A stretch of DNA of 64,000 nt, from NCBI GenBank assembly GCA_052327205.1, contig CM126204.1:317130001-317194000 (forward strand). The letters are read 5' to 3'. Each line of letters opens with the position of its first letter. Position 1 is the first letter of the stretch. The notes beneath the pieces are model-generated. The model saw only the letters and a program-made list of their open reading frames with translations. It did no database searches and was not told the DNA's origin. Positions 63,872-64,000 of the stretch are shown in pieces. A program made the position numbers and the translations under genes. Origin of the DNA: Somniosus microcephalus (Eukaryota).

Positions 63872-64000
63872 CGCTGATGGAGAAGTGAAGCACTGCATGA
63901 TTTACAGCACGCCAAGGGGTTATGGATTTGCCGAACCGTACAACTTGTATAGCACGCTTAAAGACCTGGTGCTGCATTACCACCAAACTTCACTGGTCCA
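63872..64000 (+). CDS. pik3r3: pik3r3 exon 10 (cSH2), truncated by the window end
   Basis: [42 protein letters not shown]...; TTGCAG acceptor, phase 2 matching exon 9. Confidence 0.97.

Overview
Eukaryotic genomic DNA, vertebrate and most likely a cartilaginous fish (shark), judged from the repeat content: DeuSINE/SacSINE1-like and LF-SINE-like SINEs, CR1/HER1 and L2 LINEs, and Penelope-like elements. The + strand carries ten coding exons of pik3r3 (PI3K regulatory subunit gamma, p55gamma), from ATG 28282 to the window edge, with GT-AG junctions and consistent phases; the last exon is truncated. The remainder is upstream and intronic DNA rich in transposons: a full-length but defective Gypsy LTR element (2004-6698) nested in an older MITE, three Penelope-like fragments with minimal hammerhead ribozyme motifs, several PIF/Harbinger-type MITEs, a Tigger/pogo-like MITE, LINE and SINE fragments, and a G-rich minisatellite around a 500-N gap. 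Two observations stand out. First, several short ATG-initiated reading frames end in phase-1 splice donors compatible with pik3r3 exon 2, so they are candidate alternative N-termini. Second, a transposase-less Harbinger derivative keeps an intact, spliceable two-exon Myb/SANT gene and shares TIRs and a repeated TAGCGCC motif with nearby MITEs. All family assignments come from recognition of motifs by eye; no database search was run.
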